From positions 1-61,428 of the forward strand of contig JACQRC010000044.1 in the NCBI GenBank assembly GCA_016206665.1: 61,428 nucleotides of DNA. Direction: 5' to 3'. Made by a program: the position numbers and the translations under genes. The notes under the pieces are model-generated. The model was not told where the DNA came from. It did not search any database and worked only from the letters and a program-made list of their open reading frames with translations. Below are positions 11,600-20,176 of the stretch, in pieces (position 1 is the stretch's first letter; each line of letters starts with the position of its first letter). The DNA is from Candidatus Omnitrophota bacterium. GTDB taxonomy: Bacteria > Omnitrophota > Gorgyraeia > Aquiviventales > JACQRC01.

Positions 11600-13380
11600 G
11601 CCCTGCGTCGTCCGCGCCTGAACGCCGGTTGGCGCACCTGCGCTGGCTCGCGGGCGCCGCGATCGTGGCGCTGGGGCTCGCCTTGTTCCGCATGCAGGTC
11701 TGGCAGGGCCGGACCTATCGTCGGCTGGCGGACGCCAACCGCATCCGGCTCATCCCCTGGGAAGCGCCGCGCGGCCGCCTGCTCGATCGTCAGGGAGCCG
11801 TCCTGGCCGCGCACCGCACGGTGTATGACGTGGCGGTGATTCCCCAGGAAGTCGACGATCTCACCGCGACGCTGCGCGCCCTTGGCCGCCTGCTCGATCG
11901 TCCCGAGAGCGCGCTGCGGCGCAGTCTGCAGGCGCGCCGCACGTACCCGTTTGTCCCGGCGGTCGTCGCCGAAGACATCGGCGTGCACCAGGCGATTCGG
12001 TTGGAGGAGCAACGGTCGCACTATCCCGGCCTCATCGTGCGGCCCCGCATGGTGCGCAGTTATCCGCACGGCGATCTCGCCGCGCACGTGTTGGGGTACA
12101 TCGGCCCCATCGACCGCGAGGAGCTATCGCGGCTGCGTCCGTATGGCTACCGATTGCGTGACTGGGTGGGCAAGATGGGGGTTGAACGGCGCTACGACGG
12201 GCGGCTCCGCGGCACGCCGGGCGGCATCATGGTGGAGGTGGATCACCAGGGCCGCCAGGTTCGGACGCTGGGCGAGCGGCCACCCCAGCCTGGGCAGGAT
12301 GTGCAGCTGACGATCGACTTGGAGTGGCAGCGGCAGGTGGAGGGCCTGCTCGGCGAGCAGAAGGGGGCCTGCGTCGTCATCGATCCCAACACCGGCGAGA
12401 TCCTGGCGATGGCCAGCCATCCGGCCTTTCTCCCGGAAGATTTTGTGACCGGCACGCCGGGTGCGCGCCAGCGGTGGCTCAAGGACACGGCGTCGGTCCT
12501 GGTGAATCGGTCGGTGAGTGCCGCCTACACGCCAGGGTCGATCTTCAAGCTGGTGACCGCCACGGCGGCGCTGGTCCGGCGCGCCGTCTCCGCCGCGGAT
12601 CAGGTGGCCTGCCCGGGTTTTGTCCGGGTGGGGTCGCAGACCTACCACTGCTGGAATCTGGATGGTCATGGTCCGGAGTCGCTGCGCGAGGCGCTGCGGG
12701 ATTCCTGCAACGTCTACTTCATTCATGCCGGCCGACAGGCGGGAGCGGAGGCGCTTGCCGACTGGGCGGGGCGGTTCGGCCTCGGGCATCCGACCGGCAT
12801 CGAACTGATGGAGGAGACCACCGGCCACGTGCCACGGCCAGGCCGGGTGACGGCGCGCCGCCGCGGCACCTGGTTTGAAGGCGAGACCGCCAACCTGGCC
12901 ATCGGGCAGGGTGCGCTCTTGATGACGCCGTTGCAGGGGGCGGTCATGGTCTCGGCCATGGCCAATGGCGGTCGCATCATCCATCCCCATGTCGTCGTCC
13001 GGGTCGGGACGGACGCGCCTCAGGCGTCGAGCTCCCGCCGCCTGTTCGTGCCGTCCCAGATATTGGCGACGGTGCAGGAGGGGATGCGCCGTGTGGTCAA
13101 TGATCCGCAGGGCACAGGATATCGCGCCCATCTGGAGGGCGTCGTCATGGCGGCCAAGACGGGCACCGCGCAGACTCAGATCGCCGGGCGGCCCCATGGC
13201 TGGTTTGTCGGGTTTCTGCCCGCCGATCATCCGCAGATCGCCTTCGCGATTCTGCTGGAGCACGGGGGCTCCGGCGGCGCGCTGCCGGCCGAGATGGCCC
13301 ATCAGTTAGCGCTGCACTGGCAAAGCCGCAGCCTCGGGGCCGCGGCGTCCACGGCGATCGCGCAAGCCACCGCGCCATGA
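11596..13380 (+). CDS. mrdA: Penicillin-binding protein 2
   Basis: APRGRLLDR, RSYPHG, PGSIFK (SxxK), SCN (SxN), KTGTAQ; start at ATG 11596 overlapping the mreD stop. Confidence 0.95.
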   Translation: MSPASSAPERRLAHLRWLAGAAIVALGLALFRMQVWQGRTYRRLADANRIRLIPWEAPRGRLLDRQGAVLAAHRTVYDVAVIPQEVDDLTATLRALGRLLDRPESALRRSLQARRTYPFVPAVVAEDIGVHQAIRLEEQRSHYPGLIVRPRMVRSYPHGDLAAHVLGYIGPIDREELSRLRPYGYRLRDWVGKMGVERRYDGRLRGTPGGIMVEVDHQGRQVRTLGERPPQPGQDVQLTIDLEWQRQVEGLLGEQKGACVVIDPNTGEILAMASHPAFLPEDFVTGTPGARQRWLKDTASVLVNRSVSAAYTPGSIFKLVTATAALVRRAVSAADQVACPGFVRVGSQTYHCWNLDGHGPESLREALRDSCNVYFIHAGRQAGAEALADWAGRFGLGHPTGIELMEETTGHVPRPGRVTARRRGTWFEGETANLAIGQGALLMTPLQGAVMVSAMANGGRIIHPHVVVRVGTDAPQASSSRRLFVPSQILATVQEGMRRVVNDPQGTGYRAHLEGVVMAAKTGTAQTQIAGRPHGWFVGFLPADHPQIAFAILLEHGGSGGALPAEMAHQLALHWQSRSLGAAASTAIAQATAP

Positions 13381-14474
13381 CCATGAAGATGCGCCGTTGG
13401 CAGCTCCGGCTGACGCCACCTCATGTGATGGCCGCCGCGGTGTTGACCGTCATGGGGATTCTCAGCATTTACAGTGCCACGCATCAGGAGGGCTGGGAAC
13501 GCACGCTCCGGCAGCTCCTCTGGGCCGGGGTGGGCGCGGCCGTCTATCTGGGGATCACGCGCCTGAGTTACCTGCAGTGGCTGGACGGCGCCTATCTAGC
13601 GTACGGGCTGACGGTGACTCTGTTAGGTGCGGTGTTGTTGATCGGCGAGGCGCGGCTGGGCGCATCGCGGTGGCTGGAGGTGGGGGGCTTTTCCTTTCAA
13701 CCCACGGAGTTGGCCAAGATCGGCACGGCGCTCGCATTGGCGCGCCATCTGGGAGAGGCGATGAGCCGCTCCGCGCACCTGCGCTGGCCGACGGTCCTCA
13801 AGGCGCTGGCCTTGTGCGGGGTGCCTGCCGGCATTGTCTTTGCGCAGCCGGATTTGGGCAGCGCCACCGTCTTCATCGTGATGGCACTGGCGGCTCTGTG
13901 GGTGGCTGGTCTCTCCCGCCGGCAGGCGCTGACCATGGCCGCCCTGGCCGGCGCAATCCTGCCGATCGGCTGGCGGCATCTTAAGGGCTACCAGCGGGAC
14001 CGCCTGCTGGTCTTCCTGAATCCGAACCTCGATCCGCTGGGCGCCGGCTACACCATCATCCAGTCCAAGATCGCGGTCGGCTCAGGATGGTGGTGGGGCC
14101 GGGGCTGGCTCGGGGGCAGCCAGAACCAGCTCAACTTTCTGCCGGAGCGCCATACCGATTTCATCTTCTCGGTCATCGGCGAGGCGTGGGGTTTTGCGGG
14201 CAGCCTCGTCGTCCTGGGGTGTCTGGCCTGGCTGTTGACGGCGGCGGTGACGATCGCCCGGGACAACCACGAACCCTCGGGGCGGATTCTGGCGGCGACG
14301 CTCTGCGCGGTACTGGGCTATCAGTCGCTGGTCAACGTGGGCATGACCATCGGTCTGCTGCCTGTCGTGGGGCTGCCGCTGCCCCTGGTCAGTTACGGCG
14401 GCTCGGCGCTGGTGATGGCTTGGGCGGCGTTGGCGCTGTTGACGAACATCAGCGTCCACGGGACGCGGTTTTGA
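13377..14474 (+). CDS. rodA: Rod shape-determining protein RodA (SEDS family)
   Basis: GASRW, FQPTELAK, QPDLG, FLPERHTDFIFS, LPLVSYGGS. Confidence 0.95.
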   Translation: MTMKMRRWQLRLTPPHVMAAAVLTVMGILSIYSATHQEGWERTLRQLLWAGVGAAVYLGITRLSYLQWLDGAYLAYGLTVTLLGAVLLIGEARLGASRWLEVGGFSFQPTELAKIGTALALARHLGEAMSRSAHLRWPTVLKALALCGVPAGIVFAQPDLGSATVFIVMALAALWVAGLSRRQALTMAALAGAILPIGWRHLKGYQRDRLLVFLNPNLDPLGAGYTIIQSKIAVGSGWWWGRGWLGGSQNQLNFLPERHTDFIFSVIGEAWGFAGSLVVLGCLAWLLTAAVTIARDNHEPSGRILAATLCAVLGYQSLVNVGMTIGLLPVVGLPLPLVSYGGSALVMAWAALALLTNISVHGTRF

Positions 14475-14551
14475 GCGCAGAGTGACCAAATCTCCTTTGT
14501 CACTTGGCACCTGTGTGAGTTTGCGTGAAGCGAATTTTTTGGGAAGTGGAT

Positions 14552-14580
14552 TTGATGTTTTCGCGATCCGGTGATATACT
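14552..14580 (+). promoter_or_regulatory. sigma70-type promoter of the pilus operon leader
   Basis: TTGATG-17 nt-TATACT with an extended -10 TG. Confidence 0.6.
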
Positions 14581-14589
14581 TAATTCGAC

Positions 14590-14670
14590 ATTGATCCTTC
14601 GACTCGTTTCACTCGCTCAGGATCAATCCTGAGCGAGTCCCGCCGGAGGCGGGATGAGTCGAAGGATTGA
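14590..14670. repeat. Family A palindromic element, copy 2
   Basis: ATTGA-TCC-TTCGACT...CGCTCAG-GATCAATCC-TGAGCG...GAGTCGAA-GG-ATTGA; flanking ATTGA direct repeat. Confidence 0.88.
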
Positions 14671-14679
14671 CAATTGAGA

Positions 14680-14831
14680 TGTTTGAAAAAGGCTAACCTC
14701 CGCCACAGTGCGTGGCGGACCTCGCCCGCCAGCGAAGCTGGCGAGGCGGGGCGCTGTAAAGCGGGGGCGCAAAGTTCCAGCTCCACATCCAGGCGTGTCT
14801 GCCTGGGCGTGGGGGGCTGAACTGCCAAACA
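14680..14831 (+). promoter_or_regulatory. Cyclic di-GMP-I (GEMM) riboswitch aptamer with a 53-nt insertion in P2
   Basis: P1 TGTTTG/CAAACA; GGCTAACC...CGCT-GTAA-AGCG-GG-GGCGCAAAG; P3 GTTCCAGCTCC...GGGGGGCTGAAC-TGCC. Confidence 0.8.
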
Positions 14832-14853
14832 CCGACGGTGATCAAACCCGTTG

Positions 14854-14888
14854 ACACGCCCCATCGCTTACGCTGATGGGGCGTTTTC
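14854..14888 (+). terminator. Terminator hairpin, likely riboswitch expression platform
   Basis: ACGCCCCATC-loop-GATGGGGCGT-TTTC between the aptamer and ATG 14908. Confidence 0.65.
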
Positions 14889-14907
14889 ATTGGCATGCAG
14901 AGCGCAC

Positions 14908-15186
14908 ATGAATAACCACGATCGCGAGAAAGACAACGCCGCGCGGCGATCCCACCGGGTCATCGCCGCGCTGAACCGCGAGCAGGTCGACTTCCTCGAC
15001 AAGTTGGGGAAGGACGCCCTCTTCTCCAGCGGCGTCAAACTCTCCCGCACCGAAATCCTGTCCGCCATGGTCGATATCCTCAGGAAACTTCGCGTGAGCG
15101 GTGAGGGCTTGGCCTCCCGCGACGGCCTGGAAGAGCGCATCTTGGCTGCCATGAAACAATCGAAGGGGGGGAAGCTTCATGAGTAA
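14908..15186 (+). CDS. Small ribbon-helix-helix-like protein
   Basis: HRVIAAL strand, REQVDFLDKLGKD helix, LSRTEILSAMVDIL helix; first gene after the riboswitch. Confidence 0.6.
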   Translation: MNNHDREKDNAARRSHRVIAALNREQVDFLDKLGKDALFSSGVKLSRTEILSAMVDILRKLRVSGEGLASRDGLEERILAAMKQSKGGKLHE

Positions 15187-16663
15187 GTGGCTGAAGAATC
15201 TCTCGCTCGGCCCGCGCGGTCTGACCTATAAGCGGGCCATCGTCTTCTGCCTGATGTCAGGCTTCCCGCTCCTGGTCATGGTCCTGCTGGCCGGGCTCTA
15301 CATCTATCCCTACACCGACTGGCTCAAGCCGATCTTTCCCATTGCCCAGGATCCGATGGCTTCGATCAAGTGGGTGACCCTGGTCATCGTCCTGACCATG
15401 GTGGTCTCCCTGGTGGGCTGGGTGGTCTTCATGGAGATCATCGCGCCCATCATCACGATTGCCCGGGAAACGGAGATCATCGCCAAGGGGCACATCGAGC
15501 GCGACGTCACGGTCAAGCGTGAGGATGAGATCGGCGATCTCTCGGCTGCCATCAACACGATGACCAGCCGGATCCGCAGCAACATGGAGGAGCTCAAGCA
15601 GTTCGGCGACCGGACCAAGGAGCTGAATCTCGACATCCACAAGAAGATCCTGGCCCTGTCCAATCTGCTCCAGGTGGGCAATCTCATCAGCCAGAAGACC
15701 CCGATGGATGAGCTCATGCCGTTCGCCGTCCAGAAGCTCTATCAGATTAACGAAGACGACATCATCGCCCTGCTGCTCATGCAGCCGGATGCCGAGCATG
15801 GTCAGCCGGAGCTGATCGTGCGGGCCACGGCCGGCTGCCCGGACCGTCAGACGTTGATTCTGCAGTCCCTGGTGACGGCGCCGCTCTTCCGGCAGGCGGT
15901 GCAGAGCCAGACGGTGCAGCTCATCGACCAGGCCCATCCGGCCGCCGAGGCGGAGAGCGCCTCGGTGCTCGAGCGGCTGGGGTGCACCAACCTGGTGTTG
16001 ATTCCCGTGACGGTCAAGGGCAAATGCTTCGGGCTGTTCGTTTGCCTGAACACGCTGGCCCAACGCGCCTTCCAGGATGATTACCTGGAGGTGGTCAAGG
16101 TCTTTGCGAAGCAGGTAGCCATTGCCTCCGAGCACGATTTCCTGGTCAAGAAGGCCGAGGCGCTGACGGTCATCGATGAGCTGACCGGCCTCTACAACCA
16201 CAAATACCTTCGCCATCAGCTCAACGAGGAGATCAAGCGGTCGATGCGCTATCAGCGGCCCTGCGCCCTCGTCATCTTTGACATCGACGAGTTTGGTACG
16301 CTTGGCAGCGCTCCGGTGAATGCCGAGGAGCGGCAGGCGGCCCTCAAAGGGCTCGGAGCCCTCCTCAGGCAGCGCCTCAGCGATATCGATCGCGCGGCTC
16401 GGTTGGACGATGACACGCTGGCCGTGATTCTGCCGGACCGCAACAAGCGGGAGGCCACGCAGGAGGCCGAGGAGCTGCGGAAGGAGATCGAGGCGTTGCC
16501 GATCAACACCGGCATCTTTCGGTCGAAGAAGCGCCTCACGGTGTCGGCGGGCGTGTCGGAGAATCCCATTGATGGGTCGACCGCGGACGCCCTCCTGGAG
16601 AAGGCGGGCGGCGCCTTGCGCACCGCGAAATCATTGGGCAAGAACCGCGTCATGGTGGCTTAA
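15179..16663 (+). CDS. Membrane HAMP-GAF-GGDEF protein with degenerate active site
   Basis: Two TM helices, REDEIGDLSAAINTM HAMP, DELTGLYN, DIDEFG, ARLDDDTL in place of GGDEF, TVSAGV, AKSLGKNRV. Confidence 0.88.
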   Translation: MSKWLKNLSLGPRGLTYKRAIVFCLMSGFPLLVMVLLAGLYIYPYTDWLKPIFPIAQDPMASIKWVTLVIVLTMVVSLVGWVVFMEIIAPIITIARETEIIAKGHIERDVTVKREDEIGDLSAAINTMTSRIRSNMEELKQFGDRTKELNLDIHKKILALSNLLQVGNLISQKTPMDELMPFAVQKLYQINEDDIIALLLMQPDAEHGQPELIVRATAGCPDRQTLILQSLVTAPLFRQAVQSQTVQLIDQAHPAAEAESASVLERLGCTNLVLIPVTVKGKCFGLFVCLNTLAQRAFQDDYLEVVKVFAKQVAIASEHDFLVKKAEALTVIDELTGLYNHKYLRHQLNEEIKRSMRYQRPCALVIFDIDEFGTLGSAPVNAEERQAALKGLGALLRQRLSDIDRAARLDDDTLAVILPDRNKREATQEAEELRKEIEALPINTGIFRSKKRLTVSAGVSENPIDGSTADALLEKAGGALRTAKSLGKNRVMVA

Positions 16664-16676
16664 GGAGGATCCGTCA

Positions 16677-17756
16677 ATGACCCAGGCTTCATTGAATCTC
16701 TCGTTGGAGTCGTTGCTGCACCTGATGATTGAAAAGGGGGCGTCGGACCTGCACAACACGGCCGGCTCGCCGCCGCACCTGCGCGTCGACAACGAACTGG
16801 TGCCGGTCGGCGATGGGGGCTTGAGCCCCGAGCAGACGCGGACTCTGACTTACCAGGCGATCAACGAGACGCAGCAGAAGCGGTTTGAGGAGGCCCTGGA
16901 GCTGGATTTCGCCTTCGGGATCGCGGGGTTGTCCCGGTTCCGCGGCAACTGCTTTGTCCAGCGGGGCGCGGTGGGCCTGGCGATCCGGGCGATTCCCTAC
17001 CAGATCCGGAACTTCGCCGAGTGCGGGTTGCCGGAGAAGGTCGTCATCGAGTTCTGCCGCAAGCCGCGGGGCCTGGTGCTGGTGACCGGCGCGACAGGCT
17101 CCGGCAAGTCGACGAGTCTCGCCTCCATGATCAACTGGATCAACCAGGAGCGGACCGCCCACATCGTGACGATCGAAGATCCGGTCGAGTACACCTTTCG
17201 CAACCAAAAGGCGCTCATCGACCAGCGCGAGGTCGGCAGCGACACGCGCTCCTTTGAGCAGGGCCTGCGCCATGTGCTCCGCCAGGACCCCAACGTCATT
17301 CTCATCGGTGAGATGCGTGACCTGGAGACCGTCGAGGCCGCCCTGAACATCGCCGAGACCGGGCACCTGGTGTTTGCGACGCTGCACACCTCGGACAGCG
17401 TCCAGACCATCAACCGGATCATCGACGTCTTTCCGAGCCACCGGCAGCCCCAGGTGCGGACCCAGCTCTCCTTCGTATTGCTGGGCGTGCTCTGCCAACA
17501 GCTGATTCCCAAGGTCAAGGGCGGCCGGGTGCTGGCCTGTGAGGTGATGGTCGCGAACCACGCGGTGCGCAGCCTGGTGCGCGAATCGAAGGCCCACCAG
17601 ATGTACTCCATCATCCAGACGGGCCAGAAGGAAGGGATGCGCACGATGAACCAGTCGCTCTACGAGCTGTACACCAAGAACACGATCAGCTTGGATGAGG
17701 CCTTGTCCCGCACCACGGAAGTGGAAGATCTGGAACGGATGATCATGCACAAGTAG
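16677..17756 (+). CDS. pilT: Type IV pilus retraction ATPase
   Basis: GASDLH, GATGSGKST, TIEDPVE, LRQDPNVILIGEMRD, AETGHLVFATLHT, AVRSLVRE (AIRNLIRE-like); AAGGAGG RBS before ATG 16677. Confidence 0.95.
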   Translation: MTQASLNLSLESLLHLMIEKGASDLHNTAGSPPHLRVDNELVPVGDGGLSPEQTRTLTYQAINETQQKRFEEALELDFAFGIAGLSRFRGNCFVQRGAVGLAIRAIPYQIRNFAECGLPEKVVIEFCRKPRGLVLVTGATGSGKSTSLASMINWINQERTAHIVTIEDPVEYTFRNQKALIDQREVGSDTRSFEQGLRHVLRQDPNVILIGEMRDLETVEAALNIAETGHLVFATLHTSDSVQTINRIIDVFPSHRQPQVRTQLSFVLLGVLCQQLIPKVKGGRVLACEVMVANHAVRSLVRESKAHQMYSIIQTGQKEGMRTMNQSLYELYTKNTISLDEALSRTTEVEDLERMIMHK

Positions 17757-17784
17757 GACCGCGAGGCTAACGATCAGGTTCAGC

Positions 17785-17860
17785 CATGATGCTTCGATTC
17801 GGCCACTGCGGTGGCCTCACTCAGCATCATGATGAGCGAGCGAAGCGAGTCGAATCATGA
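17785..17860. repeat. Family A palindromic element, copy 3
   Basis: CATGA-TGC-TTCGATT...CACTCAG-CATCATGA-TGAGCG...GAGTCGAAT-CATGA; CATGA direct repeat. Confidence 0.88.
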
Positions 17861-18303
17861 CGTTTAAACGGCAACCCATCAAACAGCTCGGCGAGCTCTT
17901 GCTCTCGATGGCGCTCATCACCCGCGAGCAGCTCGAGCAGGCGCTGGCCCTCCAAAAGACCAAGGGAGGCCTGTTGGGCCAGATCCTGGTCGACCTGGGC
18001 TACGTGACGGAGGATCAGATCGCGCAGTCCCTGACCGCCCAGTACGGCTTTCCCTACCTGCCGCTGCGCAACTATGAGGTCGACGCCGAAGTGCTGAAAC
18101 TGATTCCCGAGAACGTGGCCAAGCAGTACTGTTTGATTCCGGTGGATCTGATCGGCCAGACGATCACCATCGCGATGGCGAATCCGCTCAACACCCAGGC
18201 GATCGAGGACGTGGAGCTGATGACCAAGTGCAAGGTGCAGGCCTTTGTCAGCACGGCCTCGGATGTGAACGGGGCCATCGTGAAGTACTATAACGGAAAA
18301 TAG
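17857..18303 (+). CDS. Stand-alone MshEN / T2SSE_N domain protein (candidate c-di-GMP receptor)
   Basis: KQLGELLLSMALITREQLEQALALQ-5 aa-LLGQILVDLGYVTEDQIAQSLTAQ tandem motif, IAMANP; no ATPase domain. Confidence 0.85.
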   Translation: MTFKRQPIKQLGELLLSMALITREQLEQALALQKTKGGLLGQILVDLGYVTEDQIAQSLTAQYGFPYLPLRNYEVDAEVLKLIPENVAKQYCLIPVDLIGQTITIAMANPLNTQAIEDVELMTKCKVQAFVSTASDVNGAIVKYYNGK

Positions 18304-18305
18304 CC

Positions 18306-20102
18306 ATGGCGCAACTCCTCCTGAAAAAGCGGCTCACGGAGATCCTAATTGAGCATCAGCTGCTGACGCAGGTCCAGCTGGACGAGGCGCTCGTCCAGCA
18401 GCGCGCCAGCGGCGGCCGGCTGCGGGACATTCTGATCCAGCGCGGCTTCGTCCAGAAGGATCACCTGATGGGCATCCTCGGCCAGGCGCTGGGCATTCCG
18501 CCGATGAAACTCAGCCGCTACCAGATCGACACGGCGGTCGCCAAGCTCATCACCCGCAAGATGGCCGAGACCTACCAGATTTTGCCTGTCTCCAAGATGG
18601 GCAATACGCTGACCGTGGCGATGGCTGATCCGCTGAACGTCTTTGCGCTCGACGCGCTGCAGTCGCTCACGATGTACGATATCTCGCCCATCATCACGAC
18701 CGAAGAGGAGCTCAAGCACGCCCTCGAGCGCATCTATGGGGAGGCGCGGCGTCAGGCGATCGAGACGATCGTCGAGGACTTGACCAATCGGCCGTCCTCC
18801 GTCATGATGGCAGGCCCGGCCACCGAGGTCTCGAACGATCGCGCCGCGCTGCTGCGCTCGGCCCAAGATGCGCCCGTCGTGAAGATCACCAACCTGCTGG
18901 TCGCCGATTCGGTGACGCAGGGCGCCAGCGACGTGCTGATCGAGCCGTTCGAGAAGTCCATGCGCGTCCGGTACCGGATCGACGGCATGCTGCGCGAGAT
19001 CCAGGCGCCCCCCCTGTCCATGCATCAGGCGATCGTCACCCGCATCAAGGTCATCTCCACGCTGGACATCGCGGAGCACCGGCTGCCCCAGGATGGGCGG
19101 TTCAAACTAAACATCGGGGATCGGGTGGTCGATTTTCGCGTGTCGGTGTTGCCGTCCAGTTTTGGGGAGAAGGTCGCCCTGCGCATCCTGGACAAATCAC
19201 AAGCGACGCTCGACATCGACAAGCTGGGTTTCGAGAAGGCGACGGTGGACAAGCTCAAACAATGCGCGCTGCGGCCGCACGGCATGATTCTGATCACCGG
19301 GCCGACCGGCTCCGGCAAGACCACCACCCTCTATTCGATTCTGAAGTATGCCGATTCGCCCGACAAGAACATCGTCACCGTCGAGGATCCGGTCGAGTAC
19401 GAGCTGATGGGGATCAACCAGGTGGCGGTGCGCACGGAGATCGGCCTTACCTTCGCGTCGTCCTTGCGCTCGATTCTGCGGCAGGACCCGGATATCATCA
19501 TGGTCGGCGAGATCCGTGATTTCGAGACGGTCGACACCGCCATCAAGAGCGCGTTGACCGGACATTTGGTGCTCAGCACCCTGCACACCACCACGGCGGC
19601 CGGCTCCATCGTCCGGCTCACCAACATGGGGGTGGAGCCTTTCTTGATCACCGCCTCCATGATCGCCGTGGGGTCCCAGCGGCTGGTGCGCAAATTGTGC
19701 CTCAAGTGCCGGGAGGGGTACGAGCCATCGCGGGAACTGTTAGAGAAGGTGCATCTGCCGCAACTGCCGGCGCATACCGTCTTTTATCGTCCGAAGGGGT
19801 GCGACCACTGTTTCAAATCGGGCTACCACGGACGGGTCGGCCTGCTCGAAGTCCTCATGCTCACGCCGGGCGTTAAGGAGCTCGTGATGAAGCGCTCCCA
19901 GGAAAATGTCATCAAGCATCTGGCGCGGGAGGAGGGGATGCAGACCCTGCGGGAGGACGGCAGCCAAAAAGTGCTGCGCGGGGAGACCTCGCTCGAAGAG
20001 GTGCTCCGCGTCTCCGTCAGCGATCTGGAGACGGCCACCCCGGCCGCCGATCGTGATGGTGAGCGGAGTCCTGCCCGACGGCGGGGCGGAGTCGAACCAT
20101 GA
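18306..20102 (+). CDS. pilB: Type IV pilus extension ATPase (PilB/GspE family), paralog 1
   Basis: RLPQDGRF, GPTGSGKTT, TVEDPVEY, LRQDPDIIMVGEIRD, STLHT, CxxC..CxxC. Confidence 0.92.
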   Translation: MAQLLLKKRLTEILIEHQLLTQVQLDEALVQQRASGGRLRDILIQRGFVQKDHLMGILGQALGIPPMKLSRYQIDTAVAKLITRKMAETYQILPVSKMGNTLTVAMADPLNVFALDALQSLTMYDISPIITTEEELKHALERIYGEARRQAIETIVEDLTNRPSSVMMAGPATEVSNDRAALLRSAQDAPVVKITNLLVADSVTQGASDVLIEPFEKSMRVRYRIDGMLREIQAPPLSMHQAIVTRIKVISTLDIAEHRLPQDGRFKLNIGDRVVDFRVSVLPSSFGEKVALRILDKSQATLDIDKLGFEKATVDKLKQCALRPHGMILITGPTGSGKTTTLYSILKYADSPDKNIVTVEDPVEYELMGINQVAVRTEIGLTFASSLRSILRQDPDIIMVGEIRDFETVDTAIKSALTGHLVLSTLHTTTAAGSIVRLTNMGVEPFLITASMIAVGSQRLVRKLCLKCREGYEPSRELLEKVHLPQLPAHTVFYRPKGCDHCFKSGYHGRVGLLEVLMLTPGVKELVMKRSQENVIKHLAREEGMQTLREDGSQKVLRGETSLEEVLRVSVSDLETATPAADRDGERSPARRRGGVEP

Positions 20103-20176
20103 TGCTTCGATTCGTCCCGCCTGCGGCGGGACTCACTCAGCATCATGGTGAGCGACCGAAGGGAGTCGAACCATGA
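20054..20176. repeat. Family A half-copy inside the pilB1 3' end plus full copy 4 (20098-20176)
   Basis: ATGG-TGAGCG...GAGTCGAA-CCATGA then TGC-TTCGATT...CACTCAG-CATCATGG-TGAGCG...GAGTCGAAC-CATGA. Confidence 0.88.
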
